Shown: piece after piece, positions 25,650-39,399 of the stretch
Layout: each line of letters begins with the position of its first letter
How positions within the stretch are numbered: the stretch's first letter is position 1
Assembly (NCBI RefSeq): GCF_009914755.1
Contig: NC_060935.1
Origin: the human T2T-CHM13v2.0 reference genome, Homo sapiens
DNA length: 64,000 nt
Direction: 5' to 3' (one strand)
Translations under genes and position numbers: made by a program
Notes under the pieces: model-generated
The model's input: the letters and a program-made list of their open reading frames with translations, nothing else
What the model was told of the DNA's origin: nothing
Databases searched by the model: none

Positions 25650-27810
25650 GCTATTGGTCTGTCTATGTAATATTTTTTCCTCTCTACTTACCTATCCATT
25701 GCAACCTCCATTGCAAGAAGGAGTTCCTCAATCCTTCCAGTGAGAAATATTTGTGAATTCCTTATGTGTGAGAAAATAATTCAGACTATGAACATAAATC
25801 CTGCTGAAAGGGACCACCATCCTGTTCCAGTGGAAATGCTTTATAAGCACCCAGTCTTTTAAGGCCAGAGGTGACTTTTTCTATCTCGTGCATCTAGCTG
25901 CCAATCAAACATCTAGCTGCCTTCCTATTGTGGGCCCCATAGGTTAGGTATCTGGGGTAAGTCAGGAGAAGCCTGCATTTTTCTGACAAAAGAAAATACC
26001 CTTTACCATAAGATGAATAGATGGATTGAGGAGGGAGGGGTCTCCAAGGGCTTGCATGTACTTTGCCGATAAGAGTTTCTCTAGCTCTCTTTTCATTCTC
26101 CAATCCCTTACCCCTTACTAGCTCTGGCTTTTCCCGCTGCTGCAGCATTCTGCTACTGCAGTGCAGAGGCAGCTTCTGGAGGGGAGAGACATGATTTGAG
26201 GAAGGAGAGAGTCATGTGGGCAGCTGGTAGAGTGATGCTCCTACTGCCATATGCTACCACTGGGACTGTCTCATCTCTCTGTCGTGAGTGATGAAGTCAT
26301 TTTTACAACTTAATGATGTATCAAGGGACTCAGAGGGTTGGCTCATGCCTGTGTATTCCCTGTTTAATATGGGAGTGGGGGCATCAGATGTGACAAAGGG
26401 AGGCATCCAAGCCCTGATTTGATTAGATTAAATAGATTAAACAGCCTGAGTCAGTCTGCTGCAGACCCTCCAGGAAAGAATTAGTTCCACACCTGAGGTG
26501 AGGAACACTAGTCTCCTGTTAAGTGACAATCCACTGCCCAAATGGAAGTGGATTGATTGATTTAGGGAAAATGAACATCATCTGTAGAAGTGACAAGTCA
26601 CCAGTGCTCCTTTCACCTTTTCTGGGCAAATCATTTTGGGGTGGGCTTGATACTTGAGGGTGTTTGTGGCTGTGGGTCATAGAAAATATGACTAGGAATT
26701 TCAAAGCGAACTCATTATGGGCCATATTGAATGCTAATCATCAGGCAGTTTGTGATACAGGTTTTCAGCAGCTGCATTTGCCTTTCCAAACATTTCTGTG
26801 TCATGATTACTATTACACCTCTTGATTTTGGCAATCTCTATAGTGGTATAGAGCTTCCTGCCATTTAAGAACATCAATGTGCATAAAATAATGACATATG
26901 ATTATTTCATACTGTAAAAGAAGGGAAAGTGTATGTGTGTGTGACAAGTAGAAGAAAAGCAGAAATCAGGCTTTAACCTGATAATAATCAGCAAATTTAT
27001 TTGAGAATGTTATTTGCTGCAGAGGAAATCACAAAAAAAAACCCAACAATTTTAAGTGGTTTTCAAATGGTTTATTATTTTGAAAACATCTTTAATAAGC
27101 AAATGGCCCTTATTTTATTTCACAGAGACTGTAATACTGTCCTTTGAAAAATTAAGAACACCCATCAATTTCTATGTCTTTTCTTAAGAAATAATAAAAT
27201 TGTTATTTTACACATTAGTTTGCACATTTCTTTCCTTTTTTTCCCCAGCCCAATTACTGACAGCCTATCTCTGACTTATATTCACACCAGAAGTGGGTTT
27301 TAAATCTAACACCTTAGGTGCCAATTATAAGGAGAAAGATCTTAAGTGAAATGAAATACCAGACTGCTTGAGATTCATCTTACTATTTAGAACTTCAATT
27401 TCAGCTATACATATGTGTGACTTCTTTATTTCTTCTGAGAAAGCCATGTTTTACTGAGTTTACTGTTAAAAATTGTGTAATTTGCTAGAGTATTTCATTG
27501 ATAGTTTGTTTTCATATATAGTGATAAAAATATACTGCCTGATATTATATAAAACTTACTTTTACAATTTAAAAAATCAAAAAATAAATATTTAATTTTA
27601 CAAAATGTATTTATTTCTAGAAAATGCTTTTTCTAGAGTGGAAAGAGAATATATAAATTATATTATAAAATCATCTTCATAATTGCCTTTGTTTTACATT
27701 TCGGGAGGCAGGTGAAATTAGAATTGAATCAAATAATAAGTATATATATCACAAAATTCGTAATGTACATTATCTTTATCCCGCACATGACTCTATAAGG
27801 CAGACATTCT

Positions 27811-28027
27811 TTCTTTTATTATATTTCAGATTCAAGGGATACATGTACAGGCTTGTCATGTGGATAGATTGTGTAATAGTGAGGTTTAGGCTTCTAGGGT
27901 ACCCATCACCTAAATAGATAATTATATCTAAGAGATAATTTTTCCACCCTCACCACCACCCCAAGCACTCTCACACTCTTCTCTTTTGGAGTCCCCAGTG
28001 CCTATAATTTCTATGTTTATGACCATG
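27811..28027 (-). mobile_element. 5'-truncated L1 3' end (L1PB-like)
   Basis: Reverse-complement L1 3'UTR; TSD aaggcagacattct (27797) / aaggcaggcatact (28028). Confidence 0.82.
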
Positions 28028-29817
28028 AAGGCAGGCATACTGATACTTCTTTTACTCTTGAGAAAACTGAATACAGAATCGTTTTCCCCGATACACTAGA
28101 TGGTATGAGGCAGAGCTGGGTTATGGACCCCAGGATGTCTGATTTCAAATTATATCATTCTTTACTAAACACATTTCTCTTATTAAATATTTTTACTGTG
28201 TGTTTTCTTTAAAAACATTGTATTTTACAGCTTCTTAAAAAAATCACTATATTATTTAGTGCTGGGCTAGGTAAATAGGAAAGAACTAGCCTGTGGAACA
28301 ATTTTGAGAAATGATTTACTTGGGAGGTTTTCATTGTTAGACAAGTTTTTGATCAGAGAATAACTTTAAAACGTTTTAATGATGAACATCATTTTCAGGG
28401 CAGTAGTGCTGTGAAACCCAATTATAAGTGTCAAAGTTAAGAGTAATCCTAGGGATAATAAAACTCACATGAACATTAAATGTTTCTTGTTATATAATCT
28501 ATTTCCTTCTGTCTGCTAATATACAGAAAATATATTTAATGCTTCTGTCTTCTAGCATCAGACCAAACAAAAATGATGAAACAAGCATAATATAATATAT
28601 ATAACTATATTAAGTATTAATGAATGGTGAGGTTCTTTAAGAGGACACCTTATCGCCTCTGAAGCATTATTTCCTAATTTAATTTTGAAAGCAGAGCTTC
28701 AGAGACAGTGGTTTCAGAGGCTGATGAGGATCTAGTGATGAACAGGCAGTAACAGGCAATGTGATGGCTGCTAGTTTCAGGGGATTCCAGTGTTCTTTGC
28801 AAGATGCAAGACTGAGGCCACACTGGGTCATGTACTTGAACTCAGCAACTATCTCAAGTGAGGATTTATCTACAGGAGTACTCTAAATTATAGCCCATAG
28901 CTGTCAACCTACAGTTATTCTATGAAAATAACTCAGCTTCCTAGAATTGATAGGATACCCAGAACAGCAGTCTGTCCCTATTAAAAGCTAGAGAAGAAAT
29001 AAATGATAAACTGCTTGAAATAAATATTCATAGAAGAAAGATCTGTTATCACCTACATATACCTCAGAAGAGGAAGTTATAATTACCCTCAGTTGAGAGT
29101 CTTTGCACAAAAAGAATTGGATGCTCATTCCTGAGAACATGCCATATGAAAAGCATTGTGCTAGCACCATGGAGTTTAAAGAAGTGGAGACCTGGACCCA
29201 ATTCTCCAAGAGAAAAAATAATGGGACGGCTTGGGGAATGTACAACCTCATGAGTTAAGTCTTACAAAGGTGATCTACAGTAGTTTAGCAATATCTGAGA
29301 GGAGACTAGTTGAAAAAGAGGTGTGTTTTTGAGGGTGGGGGCATGAGTGAGTATTGAAGGATAAAGTGGAAGGACACTGAGACAGTTATTGATTTAAAAA
29401 AGACTGTGAATTTTCTTTTCTGGTCATTTCCCATGAGATACTTTAGATGGACTATTGAGGCACAGACTAAGAGGCTGATGCATTTCAATCAATTCTGTAT
29501 GAATTCAGAATGGAAGATAAAATTCCCATTACATGTCTTCTGCACTTAATGAAAGCTGCTAGAATTTCAGCCTGATATGGAACAACCATGTGTTCACGGG
29601 CACAGAATTAACACTATTTAATCAGTGCAAAATCATTCTGGAGAAAAAGATGCGAAATAATCATTCTTTGAAAAGTCTATTAAAGATTAGGAAATTTCTG
29701 TATAATAATGGCTAACCTTGACAAGCCATTTATTATGGACCATACAGTGTCCCCTTTCATAATTGATTTATTTAGTCTTCATGATACTTTTTTGAAGTAT
29801 GGAAACATTTCCATTAT

Positions 29818-30165
29818 ACAGACCAAGAAATGAGGCTAAGAGAATTTAAGTTATGACAACTTGCCCAAAGTCATACTTAGCAAGAAATTAGAATTTTAAT
29901 TTGGATTTTCACAGTGTAACCAAAACAAAACAAAACAAAACAAAACAAAACCTCTCATTCTTAACTAATACTATATCATACTATTTAAATGCCTACAAGG
30001 AACAGACTGAGAAATGAGGCTAAAAGAATTTAAGTAATGACAACTTGCTCAAAGTCTTACTTAGCAAGAAATTGGAGTTGGAATTTGGATTTTCACAGGG
30101 TAATAAAAAAAGAAACTTGTCTTTTTAACTAATACTGTATCATGCTATTTAAATGTCCCCAAGAA
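29818..30165. repeat. Two-copy tandem duplication of a MIR-derived segment
   Basis: Copies 29818-30001 and 30002-30165 align throughout. Confidence 0.9.
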
Positions 30166-30464
30166 AAATATGGCAGCTGCTCAGTCAATTTGGTCAATAA
30201 GAATGGTCAAAAGCAGAACAGAGAACTTCATTTTCATTTTTGATCTAACAATCTAATATCCATTTGTGTTTTTTAAAGGACATCTTCCATTTTAGCAATG
30301 TTTCTATTCTACCCTTGCCTCTACCCTCTATAACAAAATGTAAGCCCTTTGTTTCCACTATGTCCAACTTTGTCTAGCTTTGTTTTTTCTAGGTCTGGGT
30401 CTTCACCCCATATCTGCCCCTTTTGTGATGTCCTGGGGGAATATCTGGCATGGTACTGCTAAAC

Positions 30465-30956
<492 letters not shown>

Positions 30957-31629
30957 AATTTTATACTCTTAAAATTCTTTTTCATATTCAGTTCCACTAC
31001 TTCTTTCATTTCTTTTTGAAACTTATACTTCGTTTAAGAAAATACAAAACTTTCATAAATGACCCTCTCCATTTAACTACTTACTTCAAAACATAAGAGA
31101 GATGGGGTAGAATTCTGCTTTCACTTCCCACTGCTACTACCATCCATCTTTCAATAAAATTTTCATCTTTCAAAGTTTATGTTATTTTATATATTGCTGT
31201 TGGCATTGTTAATGCCAGTACTCATTCTGCGGCTATTACAGTAAGTAGATCTTAGTGGTTAGATATCCAGGATCTACAACAGATAAGTAATGTAAACCAT
31301 AGTTCTCTACTTACTATCTATATGATGTTGGCAAGTTATTTTTACTCACTCGGACATGGTTACACCGTCTGTGAAGTAAAGATGGCAGTAAGAGCTTTCT
31401 AATATTGTTGTTCAGTAAAAATGAGAATCTAGAAGTGATATCCACACTAACAATTCAATAACAATTGACAACTACTGTCTCTACCTGACTGGCTCATAGT
31501 TATGAATTTATTGTCATATGTCAAGCATCAGACTAAGTCCTTTAGGTACACCATTCTATTTAGCCTAACAGTAATCCTAAGAGATACAACACATTAGTAT
31601 TATTATCATGCAAGTTCCAACATTCTTTA

Positions 31630-31830
31630 AATGCTTAGAGTGTGCCAGCCATTCTTCTGGTTGTTTTACTTCAAATAACTCATAGGTTCTGTTAATATTC
31701 CCATTGTTTAGATGAGAAATGAGGAACAGAAAGTTACATAAGGTGCTCAAGGTCACTCAGTAATAAGTGTCAGATGAACTGTGAACCCAGGCAGTCTGGC
31801 TCAGGAATCCATGCTCTGAACCATTACCTA
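31630..31830 (-). mobile_element. MIR
   Basis: agatgagaaatgaggaacagaaag...caaggtcactcag...gaacccaggcagtctggctc. Confidence 0.7.
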
Positions 31831-33125
31831 GTGATGTCGTTTTTAAAGACAAGGAAGCAGAAGTTTAGGGAAGTTAAACAACGTACTAGTTACATAATTA
31901 TTAAGTGACAAAGCTGGGGTCCTACAAAAATTACTGTAGCATTATATCAGCCTTTCCCCCCACCCTCTTCTACCATTAGTGACTTTGACCCCTTGCTCCT
32001 CTGCAAGCCATCATCCTGGCTGAACTTAGGTGGTTGTTAACCACCTCCTGCTTCCTGGCTTTTAGACCCCTCTCTCCTCAATCCCACTAAGCTTCACACT
32101 TACCTCACTTTAGGGGTATAATTGTCACCCTCTGAAGTCACCCCAAACTCAATAATCTCCAAGATGTCACAGACTGATGGATTTCACCCTTCACCTTCTT
32201 GGACTATCTAACACTTCCTCAAAGCCTCCTCATCCAGCATCCCACTCTAGATGTTCTTCCTTCTCCTAAGAACCTGAGCCACTATGTTCAGCCATTTTCA
32301 ATACTTCCTTAGTTTCTGGTACAGAAGGTAACCTCTTCCATTTGTGAAGCTTTGCTGAGCCATTCCTTGTTTTTGGAAAGTCTTTCTTCTTTTTTATATT
32401 AATCTTTGAAAGTTTCCCTACCAAAGGTTTGTGACTTGGTCAATTCAGCTGAGATGAATGTTTTCCTCTGTTGTTTTCTATCTGTACTTCTGTTGTGGCC
32501 TTTGGCACACATTGTCTCTGGACTACTGGTCTCTCCCTCTCCTACTACACTGAGGTCCATCCTCTTCTTTTTCTAAGTGCCTGCTGACATCATGTGACTG
32601 AAAGAGCACAGATTTTCATGTCAGAGAGCCCTGGATTTAAATCTGAGCTTTACTACTTGCTTTTTTTCTTGGCCACACTTTGTTTCAATTTCCTTATTTA
32701 TAAAATGAGAGGAAAGTGTAACAACTCAGAGAGTTGTTGTGAGAATTAAATGAGTCAATACAAATGGAGAAATTACAGTAAATGACCTGTAACTCTTACC
32801 TTCTCTTCCACACAATACTCTCCTGTGAATATAGTCTCACAGATGTTTGAAGTGTAAATGCATGAATGAATATTGAATGGGGAGGCTGCTTCAATTTTGG
32901 CTGTGTGGCAAGACAAGGTGTAAAGGCTTTCCATTTAGGGCAAGAATTTTGATAATCAGAATTTTAATTACTTAGATATTAATTAGGATAACAATTATAT
33001 AAAATTAAATAAGAAGATGAGATTTGTAAAGTTTGATGGATTCTTAACTAGTTACAGGGAATTCAATGGATTTTGAGATGAAGCGCCCACTAATAATGAA
33101 AAAAAGGATAGATAAAGAAATTAAG

Positions 33126-33406
33126 AGACCAGGCATGGTGGCTCACACCTCTAATCTCAGCACTTTTGAAAGCTGAAGAGGGTGGATCACTTGAGGTCAG
33201 GAGTTCAAGACCAGCCTTGTCAACCTGGCAAAACCCAGTGTATACTAAAAATACAAAAAATTAGCCAGGCATGTTGGCGTGGGCCTGTACTCCAAGCTAC
33301 TCAGGAGGCTGAGGCATAAGAATTGCTTGAACCCAGGAGGCAGAAGTTACAGTGAGCAAAGATAGTGCCACTGCACTCCAGCCTGGGTGACAGAGTAAGA
33401 CCATGT
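33126..33406 (+). mobile_element. Alu (AluSx/Sz-like) lacking a poly(A) tail
   Basis: Full dimer flanked by TSD AGAAATTAAG (33116, 33407). Confidence 0.92.
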
Positions 33407-33949
33407 AGAAATTAAGGAACTTAAAATTAAAACCACTTCAATTATGCCATGATATTGTATAATTAGAAACATTATTCAGAGTAAGAATGAAAAGTAAACA
33501 TTAAAAGTAATCTTTTGGCATTTTATTTCAGAAATAATAGTGTGATATCAAGTGGCTTTGTGAAGATTATCATTTAAATTTACAGTTTGAATGCTGAAGT
33601 ATATTACTAACTACCTAGTATATGCATAATCAGGTATAAATCCTAGTGGCAAAACTCATTGGGTTTTAAATAAAACAGAACTATATCTGAAACAGGTTTC
33701 CTCTACTTAAAACTGGTTAAGCACCTGAACTAGTGATTTTACTTATCTTAGGTTTAGTTTCTCCATCTATAACATTGGTATATGTTTTAATGGATATATG
33801 GTATAATGAATAATACCCATGTCTCTGGGTTGTTAGGTGCTTGTGGAGTTTATGGCATGTGAAGCGTTAATATGGTATCTAGCAAGTCGAATAAGCACTC
33901 ATTAAATTTAGCTCTGACTATAGTGTACATTCAACAAATAATTCATACT

Positions 33950-34170
33950 TGATTCAGCTTTACTAAGGGGGTGATTTTTCTTGCAGGGAACATTTGACAA
34001 TTACTGAAGACATTTTTGGTTGCCATAACTTAGAGGAGGGGTGTGTGCTACTGGCATCTAGTGAATAAATGCCAGAGATGGTGCTAATTGTCATACAGTA
34101 CACAGGACAGCACTCCACAACAAACGGTTATCTACGCCCAAATTTCAATCATGAAGAGGTTAAGAAACTA
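33950..34170 (+). mobile_element. MER20 DNA transposon
   Basis: gacatttttggttgccataact...tgctactggcatctagtg...cacaggacagc motifs. Confidence 0.82.
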
Positions 34171-34888
34171 AGCTAAAGAATGGGTAATATTCATCTCTCA
34201 CCAGCTTATCACGAGACAATCGTATTTACAAACCCTTCAAAAAGGGAGAGACAGTGATGATAGAATGTTACATTCACAGAAAATAAAATTTATTCATCGT
34301 ACCTCTAAAACAATTATAATAAAATAAGACACACATATTAGCTAAACCTGGATAAAAGTTTGTCCTCAAACCTTAGCATGCAAAATTATCTTTGGCTTAA
34401 AACAAAAGGACATCTATTTTGGGCAAACAGCACAGAGGAAGAATGGAGCAGAATATTCACTTCATGAGTGATCATTTATCTCAGTGGAGAGAAGCCACTA
34501 AGGGAAGGCGGGTACAGGCTACATATATTTTTACACAAAATTATTTGGCTAGTATATAATCAATAGAAAAAGTTTTAATTCACTGCTGTTTGGGATGTCA
34601 TTTCTCACCTTTCTGTAGCTGATTAATAATAATCATAGAGGGTCCTTTTCAGAAATCCAGGTCTTTAACAGTAACATTTAAAAGTGCCCACAAGAAAGAT
34701 TAGAGCTTCTATGAGGCAACCAACATTGACTGAATTTAAGGCTCGTGTTTGGCTTGATAAAATTTGCCTAAAATATATAGATTAGCTCATTGGAGTTAGC
34801 ACGTCCCAAAACATCTTTGCAAGGGAATAGTTATAAAGTAACCGAGCTAAAGGAATACTTTTCTTACTTGGTATAAACATTATAGAAG

Positions 34889-35207
<319 letters not shown>

Positions 35208-35986
35208 AGAAGATTTTTTTTTCTTTTTTTAACGAAGGAATGGAATTTTTACTTGTAGATGGATAAAAGCTTTAGCATTACGTTTCTGGCATTTTTTTCT
35301 TGAATGGTTGTATGTAGGCTGCTCGAGATGTGTCTCAAACAGAAGAAAAAAATGAGAAACCTGAGAGAGATATACTAAGTATAATTATTTGCATTATTTC
35401 GAGAACATGTGCTAAGGGATTTAATCAAGAGACTTCTTGGTTCATTTAAAATACGAGTTCATTTATAAAATTTCTCTGTATGTGCAGCTTCTAGGAAAGC
35501 TACAAGTAGTTGCATAATGTGAGGAATAACTTTATTTATGCATTCATTATTTCCAGTAACTCTTCAGTTATTACCAACTGTGTGTCAGGCACTGTGCTAA
35601 GTGTCAAGGATACAATGGATGTGAAAAACAAGCTCTTACCCTTAAGCAGTTTACATTGTAGAATGAAATAGAGTCCAAAACATATATTGATTTATTAAAT
35701 ATTTATAATTTGTAATTAAGTCTATAAAGAAAATAATAGTATAACCAAATGTATTGACTCCTTTTATTTTTTGAAGCATCAAATATAGAATTTCTAGATG
35801 GCCCATGTATATATTCACAATGGCTAGCCTGTTAAGTCCAGAACATATATTAGAAAAAACAATCTACCTTAAAATTATTGGCGATTTTTTTATTACTTTA
35901 AATGTTTCACTTCTCCTGAGAAATTTAGATATGTATATATAAGATGCTGAATCATTTAAACAGTGTTCTCATCTTTTCTATTTCAG

Positions 35987-36101
35987 GGTTTTCGGAGCTG
36001 CCATACTTCTTACCTCTACCCTAAATATGCTAATTCCATCAGCAGCCAGAGTGCATTATGGATGTGTCATCTTTGTCAGAATACTGCAGGGACTTGTTGA
36101 G
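35987..36101 (+). CDS. SLC17A6: VGLUT2 exon 4 (VFGAAILL...RILQGLVE)
   Basis: tttcag| acceptor, GAG|gtatgt donor; frame continuous. Confidence 0.97.
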
Positions 36102-36705
36102 GTATGTAACTTCAGGGTGAAGCCTTTTTAAGATTGGCATTTGGTTGAGAACCACCAGTTTATCTTTGTCTTTATCTGTAAATAAATATATTGTATTAGG
36201 TTGCATCTAAATAGAGTTAAAATAAAAAATGAAACACTGGAAATGTTAGACAGTCAGATATTTTGTCCATAAATGATATGAAACCATGAATATCACTGCT
36301 TATCTCCTTCTCTCTAGAATTGAGTGGGATTAAAGAAATATTTTAATGCCTATTTGACTTAAAAAAAAACAGGGACTTTTGTTAATGTGTCATGACAAGA
36401 ATTTTAGAGTTTGTCCTTTGCTGGTGATAACCATGAATTAGTATCTTGGGAGTTTTATACTAAGTAAGTTCCTGATGGCCTTGAATCACGATATGAGTTT
36501 TCACTGAAATATTTCATCGAATGCATTTTTGAGGCATTCAATTCTAATGATCAACTCTTGCTCCATCAGCCTGCAGACTTTGAAAGAATTCCACTTAAAA
36601 ACTCGAGTTCGGCTTACCAATTTCCCCTTCTCTTTCCATGGAGTATAATGGAAATAGATAAATAATGTAAAATATTAAGGCACTAAAAAAAAAAAAACCC
36701 TTTCT

Positions 36706-37082
36706 CATACTATGCAGTCATAAAAAGGAATGAGATCATGTCCTTTACAGAGACACAGATGGAGCTGGAAGCCATTATCCTCAACAAACTAATGTAGGAA
36801 CAGAAAACCAAACACTGCATGTTGTCACTTATAAATGGGAGCTGAACAATGAGAACACATGGACACAGGGAGGGGAACGACACACACTGCAGCCTATTGG
36901 GGAAGGGCAGTGTAGGGAGAGCATTAGGGAAAAGAGCTAATGAATGCTGGGCTTAATACGTAGGTGATGGGTTGATAGGTCCAGTAAACCACCATGGCAC
37001 ACATTTACCTATGTGACAAACCTGCATATCCTGCACATGTACCCCAGAACTTAAAAAAATAATAATAATAAAAAACGAAACC
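36706..37082 (+). mobile_element. 5'-truncated L1PA 3' end, sense to SLC17A6 (intron 4)
   Basis: ggagctggaagccattatcctca...gagaacacatggacacaggg...ctgcacatgtaccccagaacttaaa; TSD aaaaaaccc(tt/gc)tctc. Confidence 0.9.
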
Positions 37083-37350
37083 AAAAAACCCGCTCTCCTT
37101 CCCCCCCCCCCAAAAAAAAGATAGGTTCAAAATAACAGAAAAAGACTAATAATTTTAAAGGTCTTAAATTTTAGACACTGCTTTCAGGAAGTGTGAGCTC
37201 CAAGGATCTAAACTTCACTTTTCTCTGTATAGATATTTATATTTGGAATTTACTGAATTTAATGCCCTACAAAATGATCTCCCAAATTTTTTCAAACTGT
37301 TCAGAATTGCAGATAAATTGATTAATATACAGTCTTTTCTTTTACCTTAA

Positions 37351-37599
<249 letters not shown>

Positions 37600-37611
37600 T
37601 AGGAACAACTT

Positions 37612-37830
37612 GAATAAGAATTGAAAATTTGGTAAACTCACCTGTAAAACCATCTGGGTTTTGTATGAACATCTGTGAGTGGTAAGGTTTTTGACCACCA
37701 TTTCCATTTCTTTAGTTTTATTGTTTTGCTTAAATCTTCTATTTATTCTTGTGTTTGTATTTTTCTAGGAATTGATCCATTTCATCTAGGATTTCAAATA
37801 TATTCATGGGTGGTTTTTATAATACTCTTA
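37612..37830 (-). mobile_element. Old L1 ORF2 fragment just downstream of exon 5
   Basis: aactcacctgtaaaaccatctggg...tccatttcatctaggatttcaaat typical of antisense L1 ORF2. Confidence 0.6.
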
Positions 37831-39312
37831 TACTGCAGTCCATTTTTTTGAGAACCTCAGTATTTTCTTTTTATTATACCTAGACACAAAGATATAAAAA
37901 TACAAATTTTAAACACATTTACAGAGATAAAAACATAATTAGACTATGTATTTATTTTTACAAATAAATATTAAATTTACTTTGAACTCTGCCTGGGGTT
38001 AAAATCTAACAGTTTCTCAGAATTTATATTTAATACAGCTATATGTTTGAATTATAGTGAATAAAATGCCTATAGAAAATAACTATTATAATTTAAATTA
38101 ATTAAATTAATGTGATCTTTAAGTATTCTCCTAAGCACTGTTGCTATAATTTCCCATTCATTGGAACTTTTATTTTTGGGATCAAAACTGACCTTACTAC
38201 TATTTTGGGAAATAGAATTAATGAACATGTATTAAAGCTTCAATCCCAGCTTTTGAAGTGTAGAGCTCTTTCTGCTAATCTGAAGCTACTTTTTGTTTGT
38301 TGCTAACTTTTAAAACATTTTAAGACAATCAGTTTAATTTAAGGTCATTTTGTGCCTTCAGAATGCACGTTTTACTCTTTCTACCAGAGCAGTAAGGCAA
38401 GAGAGCAATTCCCTTTCCAAATCAGATATTAGAACTGCTGTAAATAATGCTAGTAATAGGAAATTAAGGCTGCTGTGATTTTGCTGTATACTTAAGCCAT
38501 AAGGTTAACAGTATTATTGCCTGTAGCATTTGAATTTACATGCATTTGAGTCTAAATCACAGGGCATAAATATTGCCATTTCTGTCTATATGTCTAAGAC
38601 CTTTTTTTTTTTACAATTGCCTTTAATAACCCACTATGTAAAATTCAAAGAGATATAAATTAGGTGATATTCACTAGAAAAGCTAATGAATGCTACCTAT
38701 TATCATGAGAATTGTCAGTATGTTTTAAACTATTTTATGGGACAGCAAAGAAAACAAATTTGCCATAGGGGAAAAACGTGATAACTTACCTTGATGACAT
38801 CTTCTGGCCATGCTTTGAGAACTGAAGCAATATGCCTTCAATCATGGATACTAACAAAGAGACCGCTGGCAGAGAAAAACAATTAAAATGAAGTCAGTAA
38901 AAGCTACACAAACATGAAACTGCACGAATTTGCTACAAGGAGATACATGCTTGAGGTCGCAAGAATAGATTTTAGGTGTCTGGTTAGTATTGCCATACTC
39001 TGTCCCAAGTCCAGCACACAGACATGCAGGACACATGCCAATCAGCATGCCAGTCAGCATGTCTCCATTATTATTTTTAAATCTCTGTTGTGTCTTGGGT
39101 AGGAGGTAGGTGTTATCCACTTGTGTAATCCCGTGTTCCTGTGTACGTATGTAGACATATATGTGTTTGGTGATGGAGGGTATGTGCATGGGTGTGAGGC
39201 CCATGTACCTGAGTGTTCCAGCGTCTGTGTGAATCAACAAAGGAATGTGAGATGATATCAATAATTTCTACTGATTTCACTCACCTTTCTCCCATTCTTC
39301 CTTACACTTTAG

Positions 39313-39399
39313 GTTCCTATGCCGGAGCTGTGATTGCAATGCCTTTAGCTGGCATTCTTGTGCAGTACACTGGCTGGTCTTCAGTGTTTTATGTCTACG
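39313..39399 (+). CDS. SLC17A6: VGLUT2 exon 6 ([14 protein letters not shown]...VFYVY)
   Basis: ctttag| acceptor, G|gtatgt donor; 87 nt, phase 1-1. Confidence 0.97.
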
